A stretch of 62,571 bases of DNA, counting the filler, from Squatina squatina (taxonomy: Eukaryota), in the NCBI GenBank assembly GCA_031763465.1. It is 3 parts of 3 records of this genome, joined end to end, with 100 filler letters (N's around TTAATTAATTAA, not from the genome) between each part and the next. Parts side by side here need not be neighbours in the genome. Positions count along the whole stretch, not along the records: positions 1 to 21,719 come from JARFOE010000013.1; 2 more parts are not named here. The stretch is one strand, 5' to 3'. Under the pieces are notes generated by a model that saw only the letters and a program-made list of their open reading frames with translations, was not told the origin of the DNA and did no database searches. Of the stretch, positions 1 through 13,470 are shown one piece after another. The translations under genes and the position numbers were made by a program. The first letter of the stretch is position 1. Every line of letters begins with the position of its first letter.

Positions 1-3000
1 GTAGTCATACTGTGGATAGAGCACTGCATTGCAACAAAGAACACATACTGAGACATAGACCTAGAGTTTCATTACTGGAACGGCTACTTTTTAAAATTGG
101 GGATATGAGTCTAGTTTTCCTGGCATTAGAAAGGTTCCATTCTAAATGTAAAAGTTCCCAGGTGGTTTAAAATGTGGATTTGCACTAGGCTGCAGTTATG
201 CTACAGCCAGTGTGAAGCTCAGGCTGCATGAGGCTACCAGCTAGAAGAGGTCTTACACCTCTCGACTTCATTTGGTAGGTCAGACTGCAGACCATATGAA
301 GTGTACATTTGAACCATTTACTGGGACAATTTGTAAGAATGTCGTTCAACTGCATACTTTTAGTCCTATTTTCCAAGTACTCAGCTATGGCAAGGTACCT
401 GCCCTGCCAACCGTGGCCTCCCAACCCACCCACCTGTCCATTTGGGTGGCCACTGACTGAACTCAAGAATACTGGACACTTTGCGTATGGATGGCTGCGG
501 GGGACTGTGGATCACGTCGGGTCCTGCCAAGCCACTGCCCTCCTGTTGACTCTGTTGTCTCAATTTTAGTTATTTAGTAATAGTGGGAAATGCAATGAAA
601 AAGCCTGATGCTTACAATAAATGGGAGTCAATTTCAGCAATGACGTGCAAATATTTGAATCTATGGTGGTAATTTCTGTTATTTGAACCAAGAGTTACAT
701 TTAGGTTATTGCTGGGAACACAAATATCTTTGCACCATACAGTACCATTTATAGTCAAAATGGTGGTGCTAACAACAGGGCAAACAATGTCAGACTAACA
801 TGGTCTGGATAAGTGACCTGTATAAAGTTGTGCAGTGCGACATTGGAGCGGTGTTCTGTCTTCATGCTAATCATTAAAGCTCTGGATTTACAGTTGTCCA
901 TTTTCTTCCAGCCATTAATTTTTATGTGCTTCTCTCTCTTGAATTACAAACACAGGCTGGTGTATTATGACAGCAATCTCTCAGCTTTTCATTGTTCAGT
1001 CATATAAATGGAATGCAGACATTAGTTGCTGCCCCTAAGGTGTCTTAAAGCCCTACTTAAGAATATCTAATATTCTGTTTGCTAATCCATTGGTTCGAAA
1101 TAAAATTTAAGATAATTTATATTCTGATCTCTTGGGGAATTAAACTGTTAAGCTGATCAGCAGTATTNNNNNNNNNNNNNNNNNNNNNNNNNNNNNNNNN
1201 NNNNNNNNNNNNNNNNNNNNNNNNNNNNNNNNNNNNNNNNNNNNNNNNNNNNNNNNNNNNNNNNNNNAGGTGCAGGCCCAACACTGACATGTGGGTCCGC
1301 CATTGACTTAGGGTGACCTGTGCAGCCCCACGCCATAGGGCGGAAGGAGAATTGGCAGTGGCAACGTCCATTGTGACCAAAAATGATGGATGCAAAATCG
1401 GAGAGCGATTTATACACAGATGTGACTTATGACTCGGGATGCAATGATCAAGTATAAAAGGAATTATCAGCAGTTAAAAACAGCCCTGCTGTCTAGTATA
1501 TGCGGTGTTTGTTGGAAGACAGGTTTTCTAGGACCTTTTCCATCCATCCAAAGCCCAGAAAGGCTGAAGTGATGAGTGTTTGGCATCTAAAAAAAAATAT
1601 TTAAAATATTCCTTCGCACTGGTGCAGAACCTTTGAAAATCAGGCCCATTGTAGCTGATGACATGCCAGGAAAGCAGTCACATTTCATCTGTGTCTTGAA
1701 AAATTTGTCTCATCGCAGTGAAATGCCCAACTTTTGATTAGCCCAGTCCCAGCTGGATTCCATTAATTTTCTAATCACTGTTCCAAAGCACAGATGATGT
1801 ATCATGGCTGGCATTCACAGCAGAAACATGAAAGCACTGACTGCGACCTTTGACATTTTAATGAGTCATCCAGACCTCTTTGTAATACCAGCATGCTACA
1901 ACTTGAAGGGGAGTAGAACAATGCTACTGTTAACTTGTTACACTGAAACAGCCCGTATATACTGCGTCACACATGATCCTGGAGGGGCTTTAAGAGCAGA
2001 TCCAATAGGATTTCACCGAGCAAATATTAATCCTTAAACGATATAAACCTCTTATTTAGAAGACCAATATTATCAATCTTATTGGAAGTTTTGCAGCAAG
2101 AGTTCAGAAGCCGCAGATTTTTCCCCTGAAAGTAATGAAACAGGTTGAATTGAGTCTGTGATACTACTTGGGGTCTGTGAGAGGAATGGGCCCGATAGGC
2201 AAATGACTTTCTCTCAGTCCATGCTTTCTTATGCTCTTATCACACAACAATAACCACAAAAGCTTGTGTTTTTAAGGCATCTCAATGTGGAGAAAAATCC
2301 CAAAGCGCTTCAGCGGGTGTAATTAAAAAAAAGATGCAGTTCCACTGAAAAATGTTGAAAGCAAAAATAGACCAGTGAAAAAGCAACAAGGGTAATAAAT
2401 GATGGGTAAAATAGAAAAAAACAGAAGAGCGAAAGAGCTAAGTGAGAAATGAAGGATATCGAAAACAAATCTGTGAAATAGGTGGAAAGTAAGATAGCAA
2501 GCACAATGAATAAACCAACTATTAGAAATAAACAGCATGTGGAAAATAGAGCGTGGAGTTTGAATGAGTTTGTAGCTGCCTCCATAGACCATTAACACAA
2601 CCACGCACCCAAAGTACAAATCCCACTGTGTATTATGCTGGTGCGCAACTAATGGAAAACAAACTGCACATCCAAATGACTAAAACAGCAGCTTACTGAA
2701 GGTAATTGCATGGAGTAAACTAAAGTAAAATACCCTTTTTAATTGAAGTAGTTACTCACTGGTCCAGTCAAAAACAATCAGTAAGAATACTTAAAGTGTT
2801 CATGTAAAGACCGCTATATAACAATCACAATTGTTGTGTCCTCCTTTTGGCATAGGGATGTTTAATAATAGTTAAATTAAGATGGTAGAAATAGTTTCTG
2901 TAGTTTCAATTCTTCGAGCAACAATACTTAACCATCANNNNNNNNNNNNNNNNNNNNNNNNNNNNNNNNNNNNNNNNNNNNNNNNNNNNNNNNNNNNNNN

Positions 3001-6000
3001 NNNNNNNNNNNNNNNNNNNNNNNNNNNNNNNNNNNNNCAAGCCTGGATTAGCATTCATGGAGCAGGTCTCTTATGTGCAGCAATGATTAATGCATTGCCA
3101 ATACTCAGGTGTTGTGCCTGCCACAGTCTGTGACTGAAGGCTCGTGTGGCTAGTAACATTAAATATGTTTAAGGGATGCTCTTTCTCTTCATAGCAATGG
3201 AAGCCCAGGGCTCTGTTAAGGTTTCTCAGAAGCATGCATTGCTGTAGTGAAATGAAACTGCCTTTCAGAACATTATTAAACCATATCCTTTATAGTTTCT
3301 CCTGGGTGCAGTGAAAAAAAATCAGCAGCAAATGAAATTGCAAATATTGAACCTCATCATTGATTAGGAGAAAATAAATCTAATCTCCTTGAAATGATGT
3401 ATTATTAAAAACAAGACCATAATGCATAAAATAATTTCAAGTAATATATTGCTGTGAATAAATTAATTGGGTAATAAAGGCAAATTTCTCATTCGAAGAA
3501 ATTAATTTTAAAGCCTTAATCTGGAAAGATTTTTGCTTATCGTTAAGAACCACTCTTGAACAGTGTATTCAACATAATGGAACCCTTCAGTATTTCTGGC
3601 AGACATTTCTGACAGTTACAAGTGAAAATGTGCTTATATTGGTAACAAAATCACAAATACAAAAAGCAAGGAAGAAAAATCAAATTCACAAGATTTTGTT
3701 GAATTCTGCATCACTGATACTGCTAAACAATTCAGCAGGATTGATCAAATATGATTTACCTTTATCACCAAAGAGATTTCACCAATGACAATTCCGTATC
3801 AGTCTGCTGTTTTTCTTTATCTTTCTGTTTTCAAATTCATTCTTAGCATTATTCCTNNNNNNNNNNNNNNNNNNNNNNNNNNNNNNNNNNNNNNNNNNNN
3901 NNNNNNNNNNNNNNNNNNNNNNNNNNNNNNNNNNNNNNNNNNNNNNNNNNNNNNNNCCTTTTCCTTTCTTGTTCCAGTAGTGGTATACTAAGCATCAGAA
4001 TATCAATCTATAGAATTAATTCCAAAGCTATGACGAGGATATTAGTTAATTAGAATGCTTGGTTTATGGTCCTTTTGTTTCATATTGAGATTAATAGATT
4101 GCTCTGATTACAATGCAGTTTTATCTCTTGGCAGTTACTGATGTTCTTGCTGAATGCAATGACTTGCCACCTTACTTTCCATTCTGGTCATATGTATGTG
4201 GCTGATGAAACAGAATTTGCTTGTGAGGAGCATTTTAGTAAACACTAATTCTGCTCTCCATCACGGATAGAGAAATTAAAGGCACTAAAGAGCCAGGAAT
4301 ACTTATTCTTAGAATGTTTTGCTGCTTGGAAAAAATATATATGCCGATTCCTAGGCAATGTGGTAACAGTGACGGTTTGCTGCTGAAGCTGCCAGGCATT
4401 CCTTAGATAAATGATCTTGTTATTTATTTATTGATTTAATATCCAAAACTGCCAAGTTTTGTCATGTGCTTGATATGGCAATGTGCCATTTAGCATCCCA
4501 ATGTGACTGGAAATAAAGCTCTCAGAAGTGCAGCCTTTTTAATTAAGCCACTCTGAATTGAAATTGCATTTCTGATTCTATGCACAAGTCTCTAAAACCT
4601 TGGCCTCCAAACACAAATATGTTCTCTGAATAAAAGCTCCATCAAGTAGTTTCAATGCCTTTCAGTAGCTGACACAAATCACACACTTGAGGAATATGTT
4701 TTGGGAAGCAGCACAGATTGAACCACTGATTGAATCACTTGCCCTGCCTGCTGTGGTTTCTGTGGATTAAGCCCCAGGTTTGCTGACTGCACTTCGGAGC
4801 TCAGAAAGTGTGCTCACTCTGCAATCCTATCATGTTGTCCTGTGACTGCTGCTGAGAAAATATTTAACCAGACTATTATTGGTCAAATCTAACATTTTTA
4901 ATAAATTTATATATTTTTTGTAAGTGCACTTTTTAAATATTGGTTCAATTGTAAATGTGCTTACTTGTTTTTTGTAGGAATGTACAATATTCAATACAAT
5001 ATAATATTACCATAGGTGTATATATTACTACGTTATTGTACAATTCGAGATTAGTGTGTTTTGTTGGCAATGGCCTGGGCCTAACGAGGAGAGGATGAAA
5101 GTGTGCACAAAGGATGCCCCACCTTACTTAAGGATGCTGCTATATTCAGTGCTGCCCCTTCAAATTGACCAAGCCATGCACTAAATTCCTGAAATTCTGA
5201 GATTCTGCAGCAGGAGTGAAGTCTCACAATTTCAGGTCTTAAGAATAAACTGCCAAATTGTCCAATGTTATCCCGTAGGTTTATTTTGCAACATTCTTCA
5301 TCCATCGGTTGCTGCTGCTGGAGTTCTTGCAAATCTAATTTCTCTTTCGATATAACATCTCAGACAATCCAAGACAGGTTTATTCAGCTGGCATTCATTG
5401 CTGAAAACATCCAAAAGTCTCCTGGCGATCCCAATATTTTGGGTGTGTCCAGATGGTGTTTTCATGAGAATAAGCTCAGGAAGCGAGCATCAGTGAAGAA
5501 ACCTTTAAACACAACAGGGACTGAACTACACAGAATTATCCTTCAGCCAGGCTTTGCTCTTTGTACAGTTTAATCAGGAATCCTGCATTAACATCACACA
5601 ATTTGTACAATCCTGCAAAATTTGCACAGTCCATTCAACAAATCAGTAACTATCAAATANNNNNNNNNNNNNNNNNNNNNNNNNNNNNNNNNNNNNNNNN
5701 NNNNNNNNNNNNNNNNNNNNNNNNNNNNNNNNNNNNNNNNNNNNNNNNNNNNNNNNNNNATTTCGTCCTCTCACCCAAATTTCTCCTGTCACAGCCTCTA
5801 ACGGACCAATGCTTAATTTTGCTACACTTTTTTTTATGTACTTGTAGAAGCTCTAACAATCTGTTTTCATATTTATTGCTAGTTTACACACTATTCTATT
5901 TTGTCCCTTTTTATAAATTTTTCGTCATCCTTTGCTGGTTTCTAAAACTCTCCCAATCCTCAGGCTTACTACTGTTCTTCACAACATTATAAGCCTCTTT

Positions 6001-6660
6001 TAAACTAATACTATCCTTAACTTCTTCACTTAGCCACGGATGGATCACTTTTCCCGTGGAGTTTTTATTTCTCAATAGATTTGAAGCTGGCTAACCATTC
6101 TACTTCAGAAATGCCATTGAAGGATGCACATAATCGATGTGAGAAGTGTAATTCTTCTTCTAACTTCTTTGGTAACATTGTGTTGAATGTTGCGACCAAG
6201 TTACACAAACTAAATGATGCACTTACCGATGTATTTGCTCACTTAGAAGAAAAACAGCTGACAGAGTCTGATGGACACGCATTGCTTTTGTCTTGGGCTT
6301 GTTGATTCTTATTTAAGCTTAGTGGGTTCTTTTGATGAGGCTTTTTAACATGCTATTAATTTTCAGCAAAAACAACCATATCAGAGTAACACAAAAGTTC
6401 TGTTGACGCAATTTGCAGCTAGTGACCTTCTGTTGTTGGGCTTATAATTCTGTCCGTAGCGACATTGAAATATTTTGGGGGCCATAAGGCATTCTAGATT
6501 AAATCGGACTTAAAATCCGAGAGGCAGTTGGCTTTTAATGTGAATACAGCTAATGGTGTCAATATGCAACAGCGTAAGAAAAAAAAACATGAGCACAACT
6601 AAATGTTCTCAACTCAGCAAGGTTACAATCACATTTTGAGTCCTGTTTACTGTAATTCAG

Positions 6661-6806
6661 TTTTCTTTAGGTCTATCCTTGGTATACCTTCCCTGATGAT
6701 TCTTCTAGTCCCAGACATTGCACTCCCTTGTAAGAACAGAAACTTAAATATGACAGAAGTATTGAATGATTTCCAGTACGTCATATTTCAAGACTTGCAA
6801 AACTTG
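6661..6806 (+). CDS. IL7: Interleukin-7 exon 2 (signal peptide and start of helix A)
   Basis: cag|TT TTC TTT AGG ... AAC TTG|gtaagg; 146 nt, phase 1 to 0. Encodes (V)FFRSILGIPSLMILLVPDIALPCKNRNLNMTEVLNDFQYVIFQDLQNL, which parallels mammalian IL7 exon 2 (V)[23 protein letters not shown]...SIDQLL. It is tail-to-tail with ZC2HC1A, as in tetrapods. Confidence 0.85.
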
Positions 6807-7602
6807 GTAAGGAACAAAGAAATTATATGAATTTAGTTGGTTAAAAATGTTGAAAGTATTTGAACATTATGCACTGAATACCTGTTTTTCCTTTTAGTTA
6901 GCACTTTTGGATTCCAACAGTTATAATAACAGTTGCAGCAAACCACAGAAGTCAAAATCTTCTCTTTGCATTGATGGGAAGGTAAGCTGATTTCAAGTCC
7001 TGTTNNNNNNNNNNNNNNNNNNNNNNNNNNNNNNNNNNNNNNNNNNNNNNNNNNNNNNNNNNNNNNNNNNNNNNNNNNNNNNNNNNNNNNNNNNNNNNNN
7101 NNNNTCACCAGACACAAAAAAGAAAATGCTGAATTTTGCTTTTAACTGGCTACTAGAGGAATTTTCTCTATATTACACGCAGTGGACACTCATTCACTAA
7201 TGCTTTGCCTCTCCCATCTTATAAATAACATTCATGATGAAGGCACCAGTCTGATTCTCTGCAATTTGCAATTTTAGTGCATTGCAGTCAACTGAAAAAA
7301 AATCTAAGAACTCCGCTATAATGCGATTGCCATTTTCAAACAATCAATACAGAAATGAAGGGATTTGTAGCAAAATTAATGTTCCTTGCTATTTCACGTT
7401 TGCTATATTGCACAACATAAAATTCCAAGATTACTTAAAATGGTAATTTTTCTTTACAAGATGCATTGAGTCTTGTGTGTAAATTTTCATACAACAGCTG
7501 CTTAAACCTGCTAACTTAGTATTGAGCAGTGTAATGCTTATGTATGATGAGCTTTGAAAATTTTATTAACATATTTTGCTTGGAAATATTTATATTGCAT
7601 GA

Positions 7603-7792
7603 TCAAAGGGTCACCCTTCTCACTCCACATTCACAACAGAACTTTGCGCACTCCACAGGATACTTGGTTCCACATTCATGACAAAATCTCGGTAGTTGTT
7701 GACCAGCTGAACTTCTAGCATTGCCTTTCATGATCCCATCATTGAAACTCAGGGAATGATCCCTGATGTCTAAACCAGATTTCATACTGTTC
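7603..7792 (-). CDS. ZC2HC1A: Zinc finger C2HC domain-containing protein 1A, last coding exon
   Basis: tttccag| acceptor; ends [30 protein letters not shown], matching the ZC2HC1A C-terminus ([30 protein letters not shown]). Confidence 0.95.
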
Positions 7793-9306
7793 CTGGAAAA
7801 GAAAAGTACAATTTATTTTAATGAAATGCAGGATTTCAAGCTTCAGCAAATAGCAATGCTTCAAGAATAGCTCAGAACAGCCAACATTAACTTTAATATA
7901 TTTTCAAAGAATCTGAGGCAAGGTTACATCCTTAACCATTCACAATCCCCATAGGTAAAACTGCATTCCAATATCATGCACTGTTAATGGTAATACTTAG
8001 TTCCTCAGTGCCTTCAGCAGTATTCCTTTCTGTTTATAGCACAACTAACACCATACCTTTTTCTGCCCACACTGAATTTAAAATGCACTGTAATGGCTGT
8101 AAATCAACTTTTTCCATAGAAACTTGGAAAGTGTGCCTTCCCTTATACATTTTTTCAAATCTGAGGTGCAAGTTTCAAAACAGATTCATGCCATTTCTTG
8201 AATTGTTATAGAAACATAGAAAATAGGTGCAGAAGTAGGCCATTCGGCCCTTCGAGCCTGCACCGCCGTTCAATATGATCATGGCNNNNNNNNNNNNNNN
8301 NNNNNNNNNNNNNNNNNNNNNNNNNNNNNNNNNNNNNNNNNNNNNNNNNNNNNNNNNNNNNNNNNNNNNNNNNNNNNNNNNNNNNACGTCCTCACAGGCA
8401 TCCCCCATCACTCCTGTCCTCACCACGCACCATTGGCTTCCTGTGCCCCAGTGAATTGATTCAAGATTCTTATTTGCACCTTCAAATTGCGGCAGAAACT
8501 CATTCTTCCAAGACTGACTTACTTCTTGCTTCCTTCTCCCGCTGCACCACTGGTGGCATCCCTTCAGCCACATTACCCGTTATCTAGAACTCCCTTCCTC
8601 AGTACCTCGGCCTTGCCACCTCCCATCCTGCTTTCAAAAGCCTCCTTAATATCCTCCTCATTAAACGTGTTTTTGTGTCCTCCCCATCCTCTATCCCTTC
8701 GACCCCAACATCCAGTCATTATCTGCTACTCTGTAAAGCGTTGACAACTTGTCACGTAGTGAGTACTATAGAAATGTAAGTTAACTTAAAATTAGTGTAT
8801 TTGTAAGGAAAATCACCGTTAAAAAAGCTGGTTACAGCGTGAATTTCATAAGACCTAATAGACAATTTAGGATATGGTTCCTCCAGCATTAAATCTGCTA
8901 TTTTGGTAAATACAGATTTTAACAAGAACATATGGAATTAATAAGTGTCTCAGTCCAAACAGTGTAATTTTCACACTTTTCAAATGTTTTACAGGTATTG
9001 AACACTACCACAGTCATTTAAATGGTGGAATAAAAGCAAAATATTGCATATGCCGGAAATCTGAAATGGACAGAAAATACTGGAAACAGTCAGCAGCGCA
9101 GGCAGCACCTGTAGAGCGAAAAACATTTTTTAAAAAGTGCCAACATTCTACTATTGGATTTACCCACTTATTGAAATTAGAACAGGCAACAATATGCTAG
9201 AACTGCTGACCAAATAATAAGATTGTGGATTTTTTGAAACTTTAATATAAATTATGAAGTCTTCTTCAAACTAAAGAAGCGAAAATTCTACTTGTCTATG
9301 CCATAC

Positions 9307-9445
9307 CTGGATCATATAAAGGTGGAGGTGGTGGTGGGGGGGTCCCCCCTTCCTTCACTGTTGAAATCTTTTTGGCCGCTCTGATGGTAGCAATAAAATT
9401 TTCATGTTTTCTTCTCCAGTTTGAGGGTTTTTTGGGAGGTTCAAG
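9307..9445 (-). CDS. ZC2HC1A: ZC2HC1A internal exon
   Basis: tttag|...CCAG|gtatgg; 139 nt. Encodes LEPPKKPSNWRRKHENFIATIRAAKKISTVKEGGTPPPPPPPLYDP, matching ZC2HC1A PEPPKKPSNWRRKHEEFIATIRAAK...PPPPPPSYDP. Absent from the supplied ORF track. Confidence 0.95.
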
Positions 9446-9600
9446 CTAAAGATCATCAAATTGAAATAGCACAGTAAGTAATTTATTATATGTGTCANNN
9501 NNNNNNNNNNNNNNNNNNNNNNNNNNNNNNNNNNNNNNNNNNNNNNNNNNNNNNNNNNNNNNNNNNNNNNNNNNNNNNNNNNNNNNNNNNNNNNNNNTTT

Positions 9601-9771
9601 AACTTTGGTGATAATCTAAAATGGGCGACATCGGATCAGCCACCCATAATACATCTCTCCTGATTTTCATTTCTATTGACTTCAGTATAAATGAAAATTG
9701 GGGGAGATGTATAACTGGTGGCTGATCCAATATTGCCTATTGTACACTATCCTCCCAGCCAACATTACCCC
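9601..9771. mobile_element. Palindromic MITE
   Basis: ggatcagccacc..atacatctc..attttcattt pairs with aaatgaaaatt..gagatgtat..ggtggctgatcc; the element ends in attacccc. Confidence 0.7.
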
Positions 9772-11086
9772 CACTGACTAATCCTGATCCTGTGAATTGA
9801 AAGACTTATAAAAAATATTTTCCATGTTCTCGGGATCACAATTACATAAGGATTGTTTTTAATTGTTTCAAACAAAAGATGAACATTTCAAAATATGAAA
9901 TGACACTAAAAAGACATACAAAAGTGAGCAGGATATCTGGTATTCAACTTGCTCAAAATTGAACAGAGCAATAATACTGACACATTTTACACATTACATG
10001 AGAGAAATCGTAAAAATGCAAGGTTCATTGTTGATAAACAATGCACTTCAAGACATTTTGAGACTTCAACTGGTTCTCAACTAATCTAGGAGTGCATAAT
10101 TCTTGCAAATTGTATCCTTTCATTCATCACCTCTTAACCAATAAGCATGTATTAAGAAAGGTCCAGTATGAAGCTTCCTCCCAATAGTTTAACAATGGTT
10201 ATTTAGATAATAGTGCAAAGCTTTATTTATTCCACAGATATTAGCATATCTGACTACTGGATTTTGAAAATGATCAACAATTAGAAATGTTATAAGAACA
10301 ATTAATACTGTGCATCATACCGATACATTTCACAATAAAACTGGCAGTGCAAGATTAACTGACACACTTAAATTTGAAAACAGTAAATGTGGTTAATCTT
10401 TACCAATACTTTAGTAAAATTATATTTCAGAATCTTGAATGGTTGACTGATAGAAAAGAAATACACAAAATGTATCAAAGGTTATAAAGCTCTAAAAGTA
10501 CATAATGTTTGCTTAGATCATGGAAAAAGGTCATTATTATTTAAGTCTGGAACAGTGATGTACGTTTTCATGGTAAGTTTGTTGGAAAAGCAACATATTT
10601 ACTTCATCCTTCACTGACTACTAATTCAGTGAAAAGCTCACAATTTTGCAGCAAGATTATGAATAGAAATAATAAGGAATTTAGTTAAAATATACAAGCT
10701 TTCAACATATTACAGGTAAAAATTAATCTTTTTTGAGAAAGCTAGAATTTAATTGAAAATCTGATTATCTACTCTTTAAAAATGTAGTTTACGATAAACA
10801 GGTGATTTTAATGACTGATTTTTTTGTAGTGAGCAGAATGAGGGAGGGCTGAGAAAGTTTGTACTGAGGAAAATAAATGTTGGAATTCAGTAATTTTAAA
10901 TGCTCCAGTCTTTTCCCCAGTCTTTGTATGTCTATTTAAGGATTAGAATATAAAGTATTGCAACATCCACCTTTGCAATTAATTTGAGTTGGAAATTCCA
11001 GGCATGGGCTTATTAATAATTGCAGATAATTTCAACAATCTTTTTACCAATGCACCTAAATCCTTTGCCCATGCTGTATCATGTAC

Positions 11087-11167
11087 ACTAAGGAAGGAAA
11101 ATAAATATTGGAATTATAAACTAATATAGAAAATTAATAATTCCAATATTTATTTTCCTTCCTTAGT
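11087..11167. repeat. Perfect 31-bp inverted repeat with a 19-nt loop
   Basis: actaaggaaggaaaataaatattggaattat (11087-11117) is the exact reverse complement of 11137-11167. Confidence 0.95.
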
Positions 11168-11639
11168 CAGATCACTTTGCTCTTGCTCACATTGAATTTA
11201 ATTTGCCATTACTCAACCCAACATCCTAATTTAACTGGATCTCTCTCCCCCGATCAGCCTGCTCTTGATTATTGACAACTTCCCTCCTTCTCACCTCAGG
11301 AAATGCTGACAGTTTTACCTCTAGCTATCTATCCCCTTTTCCAAATGATTGCTATCCAGCATGCCTCAGTACTGACCCATGGGTCACTAGAGTAGTTACT
11401 TCACATCACTGCGACACAGCTCTATGTGTAACGCCCTCAGTCTCCTTTGATGTCGGCAGTTGTCAAACCATTTCAATAACTGCCCACAAGAGTTGCCAAC
11501 CCTCCAGGATAGCCTTGGCATTTCCAGGAATTAACAATTAATTTCCAGGACACTGCTGTGAGCAAACTTGGGAGAAAATCTTTGAGGTATTCAAACAAAT
11601 TGAGTTTTTTTTCAAATTTTCTTTGAACAACAACAATAA

Positions 11640-11876
11640 CAAGTTACTGTTGCACTGCAGCAACTTGCCAAGGCTTCTTCAGCAGCACCTCCCAAACCCA
11701 CGACCTCTACCATCTAGAAATACAAGGGCAGCAGACGCATGGGAACAGCACCACCTCCAAGTTTTCCTCCATGTCACACACCATCCTGACTTGGAAATAT
11801 ATCGCCGTTCCTTCGTCGTCACTGGGTCAAAATCCTGGAACTCCCTCCCTAACAGCACTGTGGGAGTTCCTTCACC
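11640..11876 (+). mobile_element. LINE 3' fragment (common shark family)
   Basis: cttcagcagcacctcccaaaccc...aaatcctggaactccctccctaacagcactgtggg. Related pieces occur at 21515-21719 (-) and 33018-33110 (+). Confidence 0.7.
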
Positions 11877-13049
11877 NNNNNNNNNNNNNNNNNNNNNNNN
11901 NNNNNNNNNNNNNNNNNNNNNNNNNNNNNNNNNNNNNNNNNNNNNNNNNNNNNNNNNNNNNNNNNNNNNNNNNNNNAATGTTTCAGATTACAAGATGATC
12001 ATTTTTAATATTTGAACCATCATGGACAATGGTCAGTTCTTTCAATACAACTTCCTTCTTTCCACAAACTCTGGTGCCGATAAAGAATGAATATTTTACA
12101 GATTAATAAAGTAAACATTTATACTTGAGTTGAACCGGGTTATCTGCATCTCTGGAAATGCTGAGCTTTTAATTGTGACAGCTACACTGAATCCAAATTA
12201 TAAATATGGTAAACTACAGGGATGAGTGTGCCTAGAGGCTGACTCTTCATGAAACTCAATGCAAATGCTTGGTGAATTTCATATTTCAGTAATCCAATGA
12301 AAATTCTTTACAACACCAACTATTTTAAAGCAAATCTTTACAAACAGCTACTGCAAGCACCTAGCAGGTCAGTTATATTACAAAGGTTCTATCTTTTCAA
12401 CTATATTTGACCAAAGACACTCTCTAGTTGACACGCGTTCAAGTAAACAATGTTGAGTGCACACAGGCATCAGTGATGCACTGTCTCTGGTCACTTCCAA
12501 AAATCAAATGAAAACCATTTCAGGATTCCTAACTATAGGGCTTTGGTCAGGGCACCTATTGTCCTCTATGGATCACTGAATCTTTTTCAAAAATGTGATA
12601 GGATCCTCTGTCTTGGATATTGACACACTGTAAAGACTGACAACTAGAGCAGATACTTGATCTGTTCTATCATCCTCCTAAAGCTAATCGTGGATGTAAC
12701 TGACCCATATATCACATTTTCTTTAATTGTTCAGTTCAACAACTCTTCAACCATTGAGAAAGAGGAAGGTAGAGTTCATTTTGTGTGTTGTAATATATTC
12801 AGTCCACAAAAGTCCATTTGCTGAGTGCCAATCTTCTAAGATACTCATTTTCCAATTTCTTAACTTTCCTCTGTGTACAATCTCTGATGACTTTAGGAAA
12901 CAAAAGANNNNNNNNNNNNNNNNNNNNNNNNNNNNNNNNNNNNNNNNNNNNNNNNNNNNNNNNNNNNNNNNNNNNNNNNNNNNNNNNNNNNNNNNNNNNN
13001 NNNNNNNCAATTATGCCGCCAGCTCGCAAGGCTCAATCATTCAATTTAT

Positions 13050-13470
13050 ATTTTTAGGCCTGTTCTCTGACTCGATCTTATTGAAACATATAAGATTCTT
13101 GGGGGGCTTGACAGAGTAAATGCTGAGAGGATGTTTCCGCTCATGGGAGAGTCTAGGACCAGAGGGCATAATCTCCGAATAAGGGGGCACCCATTGAAGA
13201 CTGAGATGAGGAAGAATCTCTTCTCTCAGAGGATTGTGAGTCTTTGAAATTCCTTGCCACAGACAGCCGTGGAGGGTGAGTCTTTGAGTATATATAAGGC
13301 TGAGATAGATAGATTTTTAATCAGTAAGGGAATCAAGNNNNNNNNNNGAAAGGGCAGGAAAGTGGACTTGAGGAATGTTGGATCAGCCATGATCTTATTG
13401 AATCGTGGAGCAGTCTCGAGGGGCCAAGTGGCCTACTCCTGTTCCTATTTTTTTTGGTTTTATGGTCTTA
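13050..13470 (+). mobile_element. CR1 LINE 3' end
   Basis: Degraded RT C-terminus (gatcttattgaaacatataagattct...aggggcata..aataagggg) plus the tail ggcctactcctgttcctattt. Confidence 0.85.

Noticed and set aside
2310-2619. Hydrophobic ORFs resembling membrane proteins
   Set aside because: They result from T-rich composition on the minus strand; no splice or homology support.
6079-6305. 74-aa helical-looking ORF upstream of the IL7 exon
   Set aside because: Its apparent acceptor is the edge of a CR1 fragment, it has no recognisable homology, and it does not fit IL7 exon 1.
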